Shown in pieces: positions 28,512 to 38,074 of a stretch of DNA of 64,000 nt; the stretch's first letter is position 1, and each line of letters opens with the position of its first letter. The position numbers and the translations under genes are program-made. Location of the stretch: assembly GCA_963668675.2 (NCBI GenBank), contig CAXXMB010000002.1, positions 768,001 to 832,000 on the forward strand, given 5' to 3'. The notes under the pieces were generated by a model. The model was given only the letters and a program-made list of their open reading frames with translations. It made no database searches and was not told where the DNA came from. The DNA is from an uncultured Desulfatitalea sp. Lineage in GTDB: Bacteria; Desulfobacterota; Desulfobacteria; Desulfobacterales; Desulfosarcinaceae.

Positions 28512-28535
28512 AGGCCAACCTCCATTTCGTTATTA

Positions 28536-29231
28536 TTATACTTCCAACCACTCTTTGCGGATCGTCTGGTCATTTTTAAGGTCTTCGGGGGTCCCCTCAA
28601 AGACAATCCTGCCCTGCCCCATAATGTAGAGACGCTTGGATATTTTCAGGGCAATGCTCAATTTCTGTTCGACCAGCAGCACCGAAACACCTCTTCCTGC
28701 GATCTCTTCGATCAACTCTCCCACCTGTTTAACCATCTGTGGCGCCAGTCCTTCGGTGGGTTCGTCGATCATGATAAAATCAGGGTCCCCCATGAGGGTG
28801 CGGCAGATGGTCAACATCTGTTTCTCTCCGCCGGATATCAATCCGCCGGCGACGTTGCTGCGTTCGCCAAGACGGGGAAAGATTTTGAACACATCGTCGA
28901 TGGTCCAGCGACCGGCCTGCTTGCTTCTCTTCTGCCCCAGCTGTAGATTCTGCAGTACCGTCAGGCCAGGGAATATCCAACGGTCTTCGGGAACAAAACC
29001 GACGCCTTTGTGGGCAATCTGGTGGGATTTGAGCCCCGCAATCTCTTCGCCCTTGTATAGAATCGATCCATCTGCTTCTACCAATCCCATAATGGTCATG
29101 CAGGTGGTCGACCGGCCGACACCATTGCGGCCCAAGAGGCTCACGATCTCACCCTTGCCCACATTCAAATTGACTCCCTGTAGAATATGACTTCGGCCGT
29201 AATAGGCGTGAAGTTCTTTTACCTCGAGCAT
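28536..29231 (-). CDS. ABC transporter ATPase (LivF-like)
   Basis: GRNGVGRST, SGGEKQML, DEPTEGLAP. Confidence 0.93.
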   Translation of the reverse strand: MLEVKELHAYYGRSHILQGVNLNVGKGEIVSLLGRNGVGRSTTCMTIMGLVEADGSILYKGEEIAGLKSHQIAHKGVGFVPEDRWIFPGLTVLQNLQLGQKRSKQAGRWTIDDVFKIFPRLGERSNVAGGLISGGEKQMLTICRTLMGDPDFIMIDEPTEGLAPQMVKQVGELIEEIAGRGVSVLLVEQKLSIALKISKRLYIMGQGRIVFEGTPEDLKNDQTIRKEWLEV

Positions 29232-29981
29232 TTAATCAATCTCCTTGCCTAGATAAGCTTCCTGCACTTCGGCATTTTGGCGTATGTTTTCAGGCGAATC
29301 CGTAGCGACAAGTTCTCCGTAAACCAGCACCGATATGCGATCGGCCAGATCAAACACCACACTCATGTCGTGCTCGACCACGATAAGGGTCTTGCCTTCG
29401 GTCATAGTGCGAATCAGTTCGACGGCCCGCTCTGTCTCGCTCAGGCTCATCCCGGCGGTAGGTTCGTCGAGCAGGATCACTTCGGTGTTGTCGCCAGCAA
29501 TAGTGATTCCGATTTCCAGCTCGCGCTGTTCAGCGTATGCCAACATGGCAGCAGGGATATCGCGCCTGTCGGCCAGATTGATCTGCTCCAATATCTCTTC
29601 CGCTTTGCGGTTCACCTTTTTGAGCCGATCGCACATGTGCCAAAACGAATAGCGGTAGCCCATGGGCCACAGCAATGCGCAGCGCACATTTTCAAATACG
29701 CTCATCTTGGGGAAAATATTGGTTACCTGGAAACTGCGGCTCAACCCTCGCCGGTTAATACGGTGCGGTGGCCTGTCGGTAATGGGCCGGCCGTTGAGTT
29801 CGATATACCCTTTAGTAACCTCGTAAAACCCGCTGATCAGGTTAAAGAGGGTGGATTTGCCGGCACCATTGGGACCGATAATGGCGTGGCGCTCCCCTTT
29901 GGGAATCTCGAGGCTGACGCCATTGATAATTTTACTCGTTCCAAAACTCTTATGGACATCGACCAGTTTGAGTGCCGTCAT
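29232..29981 (-). CDS. ABC transporter ATPase (LivG-like)
   Basis: GPNGAGKST, LLDEPTAGMS, VEHDM. Confidence 0.93.
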   Translation of the reverse strand: MTALKLVDVHKSFGTSKIINGVSLEIPKGERHAIIGPNGAGKSTLFNLISGFYEVTKGYIELNGRPITDRPPHRINRRGLSRSFQVTNIFPKMSVFENVRCALLWPMGYRYSFWHMCDRLKKVNRKAEEILEQINLADRRDIPAAMLAYAEQRELEIGITIAGDNTEVILLDEPTAGMSLSETERAVELIRTMTEGKTLIVVEHDMSVVFDLADRISVLVYGELVATDSPENIRQNAEVQEAYLGKEID

Positions 29982-31228
29982 TAAACGCCCCCTTTCATCA
30001 ACTGTGTCACCTCAGTCCAGCTATCGCGGACCACTCGCTGGGCTTTGCGAAAGAAGAAAAATCCGACGGCAATCAACACCAGGGATACAATCCAGGCGAC
30101 CGGCGATTGAGCGCGGAAGGTAATACCGAAAAGGCTCATGGGTTCATCCGGATTGACACTCAAGGAGAGGTGATAGTTGATCTCGATCAAGATCATGACG
30201 CCCAAGAACAGCACCAACGTCGGAACGGCTATCACACCATAGGCACGCAGAAGTCGACTAATGAGCCCGGCTTTCCAAACCGGCTCATGCAGCATGATGA
30301 TGCCGGCCAATCCGGTAGGCGCCCATACGATCATCCCCACAAAAAGCAGGCCGAAATAGAGCAACCAGGCATGGGTGATGCCGGCCAGGGAGATTTGCAT
30401 CATGGTCACCAGGACCGCACCCAGAATCGGGCCGAAGAAGTGGCCGACGCCGCCGATATAGGTCATCATCAAAACATTGCCCGACGGGATGGCACCCACG
30501 GTCTCCGCGGTAATGATCTCATACGTGATGGCGAACAACCCCCCGGCAATGCCTGCAAAAAAGGCTGCCAGGGTATACTGCAAGGTCCTGACCACGCGTG
30601 CGTTGTAGCCGATGAAGGCGGCCCGCTCAGGATTATCGCGAACCGCATTGGCCACCCTGCCAAGCGGCGTCTTGGTTTGCAGATACATCAACGCCACGCA
30701 AATCAGCATCCAGACGACAATCAGGTAATAGACCTCGATCCCCCGTCCGAATTCAAAACCGGTGAGGGTCGTCTCGACCATCCGATCGGCGGAGATGCCC
30801 TCCTCTCCCCCGAAGAAACTCGGCAGCATGAGTGCACTGGCGGCGATCAATTCCCCAATGCCAAGGGATATGAGTGCAAAGGTCGTGCCGGCCCTGTCGG
30901 TTGAAAGCCATCCAAAGATCAGCCCGCAAACCACTGCGAACAGGCCGCCCAGCAGGGGAAGCACTTCGAGCGGCAGGGGCAAACCGTCTCCGACCCAATT
31001 GATGGCATGCATGGTGAGAAATCCACCCAAACCATAAAAAACGGCGTGACCAAAAGAGAGCAGGCCTCCCTGGCCAAGCAGCATGTTGTAGGAGAGTGCA
31101 AAGATGATGGCGATTCCCATCTGGCTGAGCATGGATATCGCAAAACCGGAATCAAACACCAACGGTAAGAGGGCACAGGCAATTACGGCAATGAGCCAAA
31201 TCCCGTACTGCTTCAGATATCGCTTCAT
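29981..31228 (-). CDS. ABC transporter permease (LivM-like)
   Basis: GQGGLLSFGHA, FFGGEEG, AVRDNPERA. Confidence 0.92.
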   Translation of the reverse strand: MKRYLKQYGIWLIAVIACALLPLVFDSGFAISMLSQMGIAIIFALSYNMLLGQGGLLSFGHAVFYGLGGFLTMHAINWVGDGLPLPLEVLPLLGGLFAVVCGLIFGWLSTDRAGTTFALISLGIGELIAASALMLPSFFGGEEGISADRMVETTLTGFEFGRGIEVYYLIVVWMLICVALMYLQTKTPLGRVANAVRDNPERAAFIGYNARVVRTLQYTLAAFFAGIAGGLFAITYEIITAETVGAIPSGNVLMMTYIGGVGHFFGPILGAVLVTMMQISLAGITHAWLLYFGLLFVGMIVWAPTGLAGIIMLHEPVWKAGLISRLLRAYGVIAVPTLVLFLGVMILIEINYHLSLSVNPDEPMSLFGITFRAQSPVAWIVSLVLIAVGFFFFRKAQRVVRDSWTEVTQLMKGGV

Positions 31229-31257
31229 ATTTCAATGATTTCCTTTATCACTCGTGC

Positions 31258-32208
31258 TTAAGACTCACGTTTCCCCATCAATCCCTTGGGACGGAACATC
31301 AGCATCAACACCATAAAGAGGTAGGGCAGAATCGGACCGGTATGGGACAGCTGTATGCGCCAGATGTCTTTGAAAAAGCCGGATGCGTCAATTTGCCACC
31401 CGAAAAGGGCCAACAGGTCGGTCAATGAGTATTCGATGCCCACGGCAAATGTCTGAATGGTAGCCAGAAGCAGTGAAGCGACAAAAGCACCGGTCAAAGA
31501 GCCCATGCCGCCCACGACGATCACCACAAAGACGATGGGCCCCAGTGTCGCAGCCATGGCCGGTTCGGTGATCAAAAAGATCCCCCCGATCACCCCGGCA
31601 AGCCCCGCCAGTGCCGATCCTCCTCCGAACACCATCATGAAAATCGTCGGCACATTGTGCCCCAGCGCACCGACGCCGTCGGGATGGGTCAGGGCAGCCT
31701 GGATGATCAATCCGATGCGCGTGCGGGTCAATACCAAGTAAAGCCCCACAAACATCCCTACGGAGACGAGCAGCATGAACATGCGGTAGGCTGAAAATTC
31801 GGAACCCATAAGCGTAAAAATCGGGAAATCGAGGGCCGCCGGGGTAGGGTAGGTCACGGCATTGCGCCCCCAGATCAGATTGATGCTCTCTTCAATGATA
31901 AAAGCCAGGCCCACGGTGAAGAGCAGCTCTGCGACATGGCCATATTTGTGAACGGTTCTGAGGCCGTAACGCTCGACCAGCGCCCCCAGTACACCCACCA
32001 GGAGGGGAGCGATGATCAATGCCGGCCAGAAACCGATGACAGTTGTAATTTGGTATCCAAAGTAGGCACCGAGCATATAAAAGCTGGCGTGGGCGAAATT
32101 GAGCACGCCCATCATGCTGAAAATCAGGGTGAGCCCACTGGAGAGCATGAAAAGAAGCATGCCGAGAACCAGGCTGTTCAACAGCGAATAGAGTACATAT
32201 TCCAGCAT
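31258..32208 (-). CDS. ABC transporter permease (LivH-like)
   Basis: SSGLTLIFSMMGVLNFAHAS, VGGMGS, FRPKGL. Confidence 0.92.
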   Translation of the reverse strand: MLEYVLYSLLNSLVLGMLLFMLSSGLTLIFSMMGVLNFAHASFYMLGAYFGYQITTVIGFWPALIIAPLLVGVLGALVERYGLRTVHKYGHVAELLFTVGLAFIIEESINLIWGRNAVTYPTPAALDFPIFTLMGSEFSAYRMFMLLVSVGMFVGLYLVLTRTRIGLIIQAALTHPDGVGALGHNVPTIFMMVFGGGSALAGLAGVIGGIFLITEPAMAATLGPIVFVVIVVGGMGSLTGAFVASLLLATIQTFAVGIEYSLTDLLALFGWQIDASGFFKDIWRIQLSHTGPILPYLFMVLMLMFRPKGLMGKRES

Positions 32209-32400
32209 ATTAATTACTTTCTTGGCAAAACGTGGTGAAAGGAAGGCGATGGGCCGCGGGCAGACGCCAAGGCATACCTGCCGTCCTGCGCGACAGAACT
32301 GCCTTCGTGGCGGCAGTGCCTGAAACACCTAAAAGGGGCCTTGCCGGCCAATATGCGCCGGCAAGGCCTCATCTCTTTCGATTATCCTTTAAAAAAACGA

Positions 32401-33675
32401 CTATTTTTTGGGACGCTTCATATCACAGGGGGTCGGCCGAGCAGTAGCAGCCGCCTCGATCCGTTTAAGGGTTTTGAAGCCGACACCCGAGTTTTCAGCG
32501 TCGTACTTGACGGTTCCCTCTCCCTGCTTTGCAAAGACGTGGAGGTAAAGCGGCTGAAGGAGCTGATGGTCTTTGGCTCTCATCGTCACCTTGCCGTACG
32601 GTGTTTCATACTCCATGCCCTCCAAGGCGTAGGCGATGTCTTTGGCGTTGGCACTGCCGGCCTTGTTGATGGCCGCGGCCAGCATGTTCATCGTGGTTCC
32701 GATTCGGCCGTAGTAATACGGGACCGCACCGTCGTTTGAATACTTTTTCTGGTAGCCCAGGAAAAAGGCTTCATCTTCCTTGTTGTTCTCTTCCACGCTA
32801 AGGTTGAGATGCCACTCGATCACTGAGATCACCTTGCCGATGCCCGCCTCTCCGATGGCCGCTGCGGCTCCCAGGCCACTGCCGTAAAAGGTGTAGAATT
32901 GGGCATCGAGACCGGCATCCTTACCCGCCTTGACGAGCAGGGACATGTCCGCCCCCCAGTTTCCCGTGATGATCGCCTGGGCACCCGAGGCCTGAATCTT
33001 GGCAACATAGGGAGAGAAGTCTTTGACCTTTCCAAGCGGGGTGAAGGTGTCGCCGACAATCTCGATATCCGGGCGTTTCTCCCCCAACATCTGCTTGGCT
33101 GCAGCGCTGACGGCATGGCCGAAGACATAGTCCTGGTTGATCAGGTAGACCTTTGTAATTTCCGGTCTCTCTTTGATGTAATCGGTGATGGCGGCAATCT
33201 TCATGTCCACATGGGCATCGAAGCGGAAATGCCAGAAGCTGCACTTCTCTTCGGTAAAGGCGGGCGTAACGGCCGCATAGTTGAGAAAAATCAACTGCTT
33301 GTCGGGATTGCGTTTGTTGTGCTTGTCCACCGCTTCGATCAAAGCGCCGGCCACACTCGAACCGTTGCCCTGGGTGACGATCCGGATGCCCTGGTCAATA
33401 GCTCTCTTGAGCTGAATGAGGGCCTCTTTGGCGCTCACTTTGTCGTCGAAGGGGACGATCTCCAATTGCCTGCCGCCGAGAACCCCGCCCTTGGCATTGA
33501 TCAATTCGGCGTTGTACTGAAAATGTTTATAGCCGGCGTCCCCCACGCCTGCAAAGGCGCCAGACAATGGATCGATGTACCCGATTTTGATCGTATCCGC
33601 AGCCATGGCCGGCGCAATCATCATTGTCAAAAAGGCGATGCTCATCAGTATGGAAAACAACACTCTTCTCTTCAT
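32401..33675 (-). CDS. ABC substrate-binding protein (LivK-like), Sec signal peptide
   Basis: Signal ending AMA-A, IKIGYIDPLSG, GNWG; AGGAGG ribosome-binding site. Confidence 0.93.
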   Translation of the reverse strand: MKRRVLFSILMSIAFLTMMIAPAMAADTIKIGYIDPLSGAFAGVGDAGYKHFQYNAELINAKGGVLGGRQLEIVPFDDKVSAKEALIQLKRAIDQGIRIVTQGNGSSVAGALIEAVDKHNKRNPDKQLIFLNYAAVTPAFTEEKCSFWHFRFDAHVDMKIAAITDYIKERPEITKVYLINQDYVFGHAVSAAAKQMLGEKRPDIEIVGDTFTPLGKVKDFSPYVAKIQASGAQAIITGNWGADMSLLVKAGKDAGLDAQFYTFYGSGLGAAAAIGEAGIGKVISVIEWHLNLSVEENNKEDEAFFLGYQKKYSNDGAVPYYYGRIGTTMNMLAAAINKAGSANAKDIAYALEGMEYETPYGKVTMRAKDHQLLQPLYLHVFAKQGEGTVKYDAENSGVGFKTLKRIEAAATARPTPCDMKRPKK

Positions 33676-34163
33676 AAATCCTCTCCTCCTTTTGTCTGGC
33701 TATCATTGGTAAGATGAATTTCCATTGAAATGGGCGAGCTATCACGGTGATCGGTTCGTGCCTGTCGAAGGCAGATTGCCGGAAAGGGCAAGCGTAATGA
33801 AATCGATCAGCCGGTGTTCGCGGTTGATCCACCTCCTTTCAGATTCAGATCCCCAATTGCGTCTTCAACACACAACCCAGGATGATTGCCACACCATATC
33901 CGGCATATGAAAATTTCGGTCTTTTCGTCGGTAGTTTGACGAGCTCAAACATATCCCCTTTTTTTGTCTAAACCACAATTGCCGCTTATTTACAAGTCAA
34001 ATTTCTGATTGGCATTCATTCTAAAAATAATATACTCTACTGATATTATGAGTTAAAATTCATAACGATGGCGGACCTGGAGACTCTCGGAAGTGCCTTT
34101 TTGACAAAAAGTTAGTAAATGTACCAAAAATGGCATAGGGAATACCCTATATCAATTCGCAGG

Positions 34164-35948
34164 TCAGCCGAAGGACCCAACCACGCCTTTCGTCGTTCCC
34201 ACCTTAAGGTCGACCATGCCATTTTCGCTGATTCTGAAAAAAGGGATCGCCGCCCCCGTCAAGGTTGCCAAAGTGAGCAGCGGATCGGGCAAGGTGACCC
34301 CGAGACGTTTCAGCGCGCCGGCAATGGCGGCCAACCTTTCGGCCAAATCCGGCATGGGGAGATCTGAAATGATGCCCAGTGCAGGCATCGCCAACTCTTC
34401 GAGCACCTCACCCCCTCGGCAGACCACCACACCGCCTTGCATCTCATGCACGCGGTTGATGCACATCGCCATATCCGCCTCATCGGCCCCCACCACGATC
34501 AGGTTGGCAGTATCCCAGGCCGCACTGCCGCCGACGGCGCCGCTGGACAGGTTGAAGCCGCGGATGAAACCGGTGAACATCCGGCAGGGTGTTTCGTTTC
34601 GATCGATGGCGGCCACCTTGTTCAAACCGCGCGAGGGGTCACAGGCAATCCGTCCGTCACGTATGGGCAACGAGACCTTCTGTTCGCGGGTAACCAGATC
34701 GGTGACCATCTCAATGACAGACACCTCGGCCAGCCGGTCCCGGCCTTCAACACGGACAGTGAAATCCTCCGGCCGCAACGCCTGTTGAAAGGCGATCGTG
34801 CTGCGGCTTGCCTGGGTGAAAACATGCCGCCGTGCCGGTGCAACCATCTTCCCTTCAGCGGCCACCACCCGTCCGTTGCTGATCACCACATCGGCGCAAA
34901 TTTTCCCGAGATCGGGGATGACGACCAGATCGGCGTAGCGCCCCGGCGCCACACCGCCCACCAGATGATCGATATTGAAGTGTTCGGCCACATTGAGGGT
35001 CGTCATCTGGATGGCTTCGATGGGGTCGAAACCGTAATCGATGGCCTTTTGAACCAGCCGCTCCATATAGCCCTCTTCGAGCAAGGTCTTGGGGTCCACG
35101 CCGTCCGACGCAATGGTGAGGCGGCGCAAGTCCACGCCCCTCTCGCGAACTTCGGCAATGGTTTTCAAATCACGCCGGACATTTCCCTCCCGCGCCATGA
35201 CGTGAATGCCGAGCCGCATCCTTGCCATCACCTCATCTGCGGTGATCGGTTCGTGACACGATGTGATGCCAAGAGCTGCATAGGCGGCCAACTTCTCATC
35301 CCTGGCGCCGGCCGAATGGCCCTCAATCTTCTTGCCGGCAACCAGAGTGGCCTGCATGCTCGGCAAAATGGCTTCCGGATCCTGGAATACACCCTGCCAG
35401 TAGGACTCGCCCAAACCGAGAATCTCCTCCCGGGCAAGCAGCCGTTTCAAATCGTCTGCGTCGATGCCCAGCAGATGGCGGCTGATCGAGACCATGGGCG
35501 GCACTGTGGCAAAAAGCTTGATCGGCTGTTCGGCCAGGGAGTCCAAAAAATCGACGAATCCGTGATATCCCCCCACGGCATAGGGTTCGAAGGCTTCGGT
35601 CACCACGGTGGTGGTGCCTCCCGGAACCGCATACGTCAAAAATTCGGCAATACTGAAAAAAAGGGCCAGGTGGGTGTGGCCGTCGATAAGCCCCGGTATC
35701 ACGAACCTGCCGGCGGCATCGATCACCTCGGTGCGGGGGCCGATCATCTCCTCGCGCCGGGGGCCCACATAGGCAATCCATTTGCTGATGGTCACAATGG
35801 AGTGATCCGGCTGAATTTCACCGGTATATACATTGACGAGATTAGCATTCACCACTGCCAACTCACCAGCTTGATGGCCCAGGGCGACCTGCATCAGTTC
35901 GTGGCCGTCTCTTTCAGCTAAATCGGTAATCGGCTTATTGCTCGACAT
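34164..35948 (-). CDS. ade: Adenine deaminase
   Basis: PGLIDGHTH, EGH, SCHE, AREG, SDG, APGRYAD and the C-terminal adenine-deaminase domain. Confidence 0.85.
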   Translation of the reverse strand: MSSNKPITDLAERDGHELMQVALGHQAGELAVVNANLVNVYTGEIQPDHSIVTISKWIAYVGPRREEMIGPRTEVIDAAGRFVIPGLIDGHTHLALFFSIAEFLTYAVPGGTTTVVTEAFEPYAVGGYHGFVDFLDSLAEQPIKLFATVPPMVSISRHLLGIDADDLKRLLAREEILGLGESYWQGVFQDPEAILPSMQATLVAGKKIEGHSAGARDEKLAAYAALGITSCHEPITADEVMARMRLGIHVMAREGNVRRDLKTIAEVRERGVDLRRLTIASDGVDPKTLLEEGYMERLVQKAIDYGFDPIEAIQMTTLNVAEHFNIDHLVGGVAPGRYADLVVIPDLGKICADVVISNGRVVAAEGKMVAPARRHVFTQASRSTIAFQQALRPEDFTVRVEGRDRLAEVSVIEMVTDLVTREQKVSLPIRDGRIACDPSRGLNKVAAIDRNETPCRMFTGFIRGFNLSSGAVGGSAAWDTANLIVVGADEADMAMCINRVHEMQGGVVVCRGGEVLEELAMPALGIISDLPMPDLAERLAAIAGALKRLGVTLPDPLLTLATLTGAAIPFFRISENGMVDLKVGTTKGVVGSFG

Positions 35949-36220
35949 AAGCTCCTTCTATTCGGTATCGGTAAAGGCTTGGCATTTTGTTCGACTATTC
36001 TAACAAGAGCGTCGACATCGGTAAACCCAAAATCGTCAATATGCGCAGACGATGTTCGGCAGCGCCAAACAAACAACTGGTTACAGATTGACACATTCTC
36101 GCTGTTCTGTCATAGTTTTAGACTTCAATTCGCTTGTGCAACATGGGTGACCGCCTGTTCAGGCCACCCTTCAACCGCTTTCCAAAACCGGACAGTATCG
36201 AAACAGAAAGGCAACGCCCC

Positions 36221-36685
36221 ATGTCCAAAATCGAATTCAAGTCACTGGATGAGTTACGCCAAAAGATTGGCCAGGAGATTGCGGTCGGCGACTGGCTGAC
36301 CGTTACCCAGGAGCAGATCAATCTCTTTGCCGAAGCCACTGGTGATTACCAATGGATCCATCTGGATGAAAAACGCGCTGCTGCCGAATCCCCTTACGGC
36401 ACCACCATCGCCCACGGCTTTCTTACATTGTCTCTCATTCCCCGTATCATGGGAGAGACGATCAAGCTGCCGCCAGCGAAGATGACCGTCAATTACGGCC
36501 TCAACCGTGTGCGTTTCGCTGCACCGGTTCCCGCAGGAAAGCGTGTTCGGCCCCATCTGACACTACTGGGCGTCGAAGAGGTCACCGGCGGCTATCAATT
36601 TAGCTGGAAGGTGGTCATAGAAGTGGAAGGCAACGAAAAACCAGCCTGCATCGCAGAAACCCTCTCAAGGCAGTATACGGCATAA
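36221..36685 (+). CDS. MaoC-like (R)-enoyl-CoA hydratase
   Basis: FAEATGDYQWIH, TIAHGFLTLSL, NYGLNRVRF. Confidence 0.92.
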   Translation: MSKIEFKSLDELRQKIGQEIAVGDWLTVTQEQINLFAEATGDYQWIHLDEKRAAAESPYGTTIAHGFLTLSLIPRIMGETIKLPPAKMTVNYGLNRVRFAAPVPAGKRVRPHLTLLGVEEVTGGYQFSWKVVIEVEGNEKPACIAETLSRQYTA

Positions 36686-36850
36686 CGCTTCACAGCACGG
36701 ATCAAACATCACGACAACAGCTCATCTTCGGATCTGCCGTGATGCCGCTTTAGGCAGAAGAGATTTTTGGCCACGCCTCGTGCCTTGCGGCTGGATGAAA
36801 GAGAGCGGGACACCGTCTAAGCGATTAAAAACGTAAAATGGAGATAAATC

Positions 36851-37834
36851 ATGAAGGCATTGTTGTGCGATGCATTCGGCCCGATAGAAAACCTCACCGT
36901 AAGAGAGACCGAGCCCCCCAAACCCGATGAAAACCAGGTCCTCATCGATGTCAAATGCGCATCACTCAACTATCCGGATGCACTGACGGTTCAGGGACGC
37001 TACCAGATTAAGCCACCCCACCCCTTCAGCCCTGGAATGGACCTGGCTGGCGTGGTTATTGAGACGGGAAGCAATGTCGACCATGTGTCCAAAGGAGACC
37101 GGGTGGTCGCCTTCCCCGGCTATGGCGCATTTGCAGAGGCTTGCGTGGCATCAAAGGGGAAAGTCTCGCCCCTGCCGGACGGCATGCCGTTTCACATCGG
37201 CGCCGCCTGCGGCCTGACATACGCCACGGTGGTCCATGCGTTCCTGAACCGTACAAGGGTTCAACAGGGTGAAACGGTACTGGTGCTCGGCGCCTCGGGT
37301 GGCGTCGGAACTGCGGCTATCGAGGTGGCCAAGGCACTGGACGCCCAGGTGATTGCCGCGGCATCGGATGCCGAAAAACTCGCCCTGTGCACCAAACTGG
37401 GAGCCGACATGACCATCGACTACAACAGCGAAGATCTACGCAAACGTACCCTGGCGTTGACCGGCGGCAAGGGCGTGGATGTGGTTTTCGACCCGGTGGG
37501 CGGAGATTTCAGCCTGGCGGCACTGCGTGCCATGGCCTGGGGAGGACGCCTGCTGGTCGTCGGCTTTGCCGCCGGAGATATTCCCAAAATCCCACTCAAC
37601 TATGCCCTGCTCAGCGAACGCTCCATTATCGGGGTCTTTTGGGGCTCCTGGGCAGATCACTACCCGGAAGACCATCAACGTAACATGGCGCAGCTGGCCA
37701 AGTGGTACGCCGAAGGCAAGATCAATCCGTTGATCGACGATGTTGTAACGCTGGACCAGGTGCCCGATGCCATGCAGCGCTTCATGGATCGAAAGGTCAA
37801 AGGCAAAGTGGTCGTTCAGGTTCAGAAGACGTGA
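36851..37834 (+). CDS. NADPH:quinone oxidoreductase (zeta-crystallin/MDR family)
   Basis: LNYPD..GRYQ, GASGGVG, VFDPVGG, VGFAAG. Confidence 0.92.
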   Translation: MKALLCDAFGPIENLTVRETEPPKPDENQVLIDVKCASLNYPDALTVQGRYQIKPPHPFSPGMDLAGVVIETGSNVDHVSKGDRVVAFPGYGAFAEACVASKGKVSPLPDGMPFHIGAACGLTYATVVHAFLNRTRVQQGETVLVLGASGGVGTAAIEVAKALDAQVIAAASDAEKLALCTKLGADMTIDYNSEDLRKRTLALTGGKGVDVVFDPVGGDFSLAALRAMAWGGRLLVVGFAAGDIPKIPLNYALLSERSIIGVFWGSWADHYPEDHQRNMAQLAKWYAEGKINPLIDDVVTLDQVPDAMQRFMDRKVKGKVVVQVQKT

Positions 37835-37867
37835 AAGAGAACTCCCCCTGTAAGGAATCAGTCCTAT

Positions 37868-38021
37868 TATTCAACCGGCAATTAAACAGGCCATCCTTCG
37901 TCATCCCGGCCCCCGGATCGCAGCCCGGGGCAAGCTTTTGTGATCCGGGATCCAGCAACCACCTGGATCGATGCTTTCGCAGGAATGACTTTTGCCTTGG
38001 CTTTTTGTTGCCGGGTTAATA
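37868..38021 (+). repeat. Family A element copy 7 (second type of nested insert)
   Basis: A-type ends; first hairpin interrupted by CCCCGGATCGCAGCCCGGGGCAAGCTT. Confidence 0.8.
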
Positions 38022-38074
38022 GAAAAAACATCTGATGGCATATATCAGCCCAAACATTTAAGACGGAGATATCT

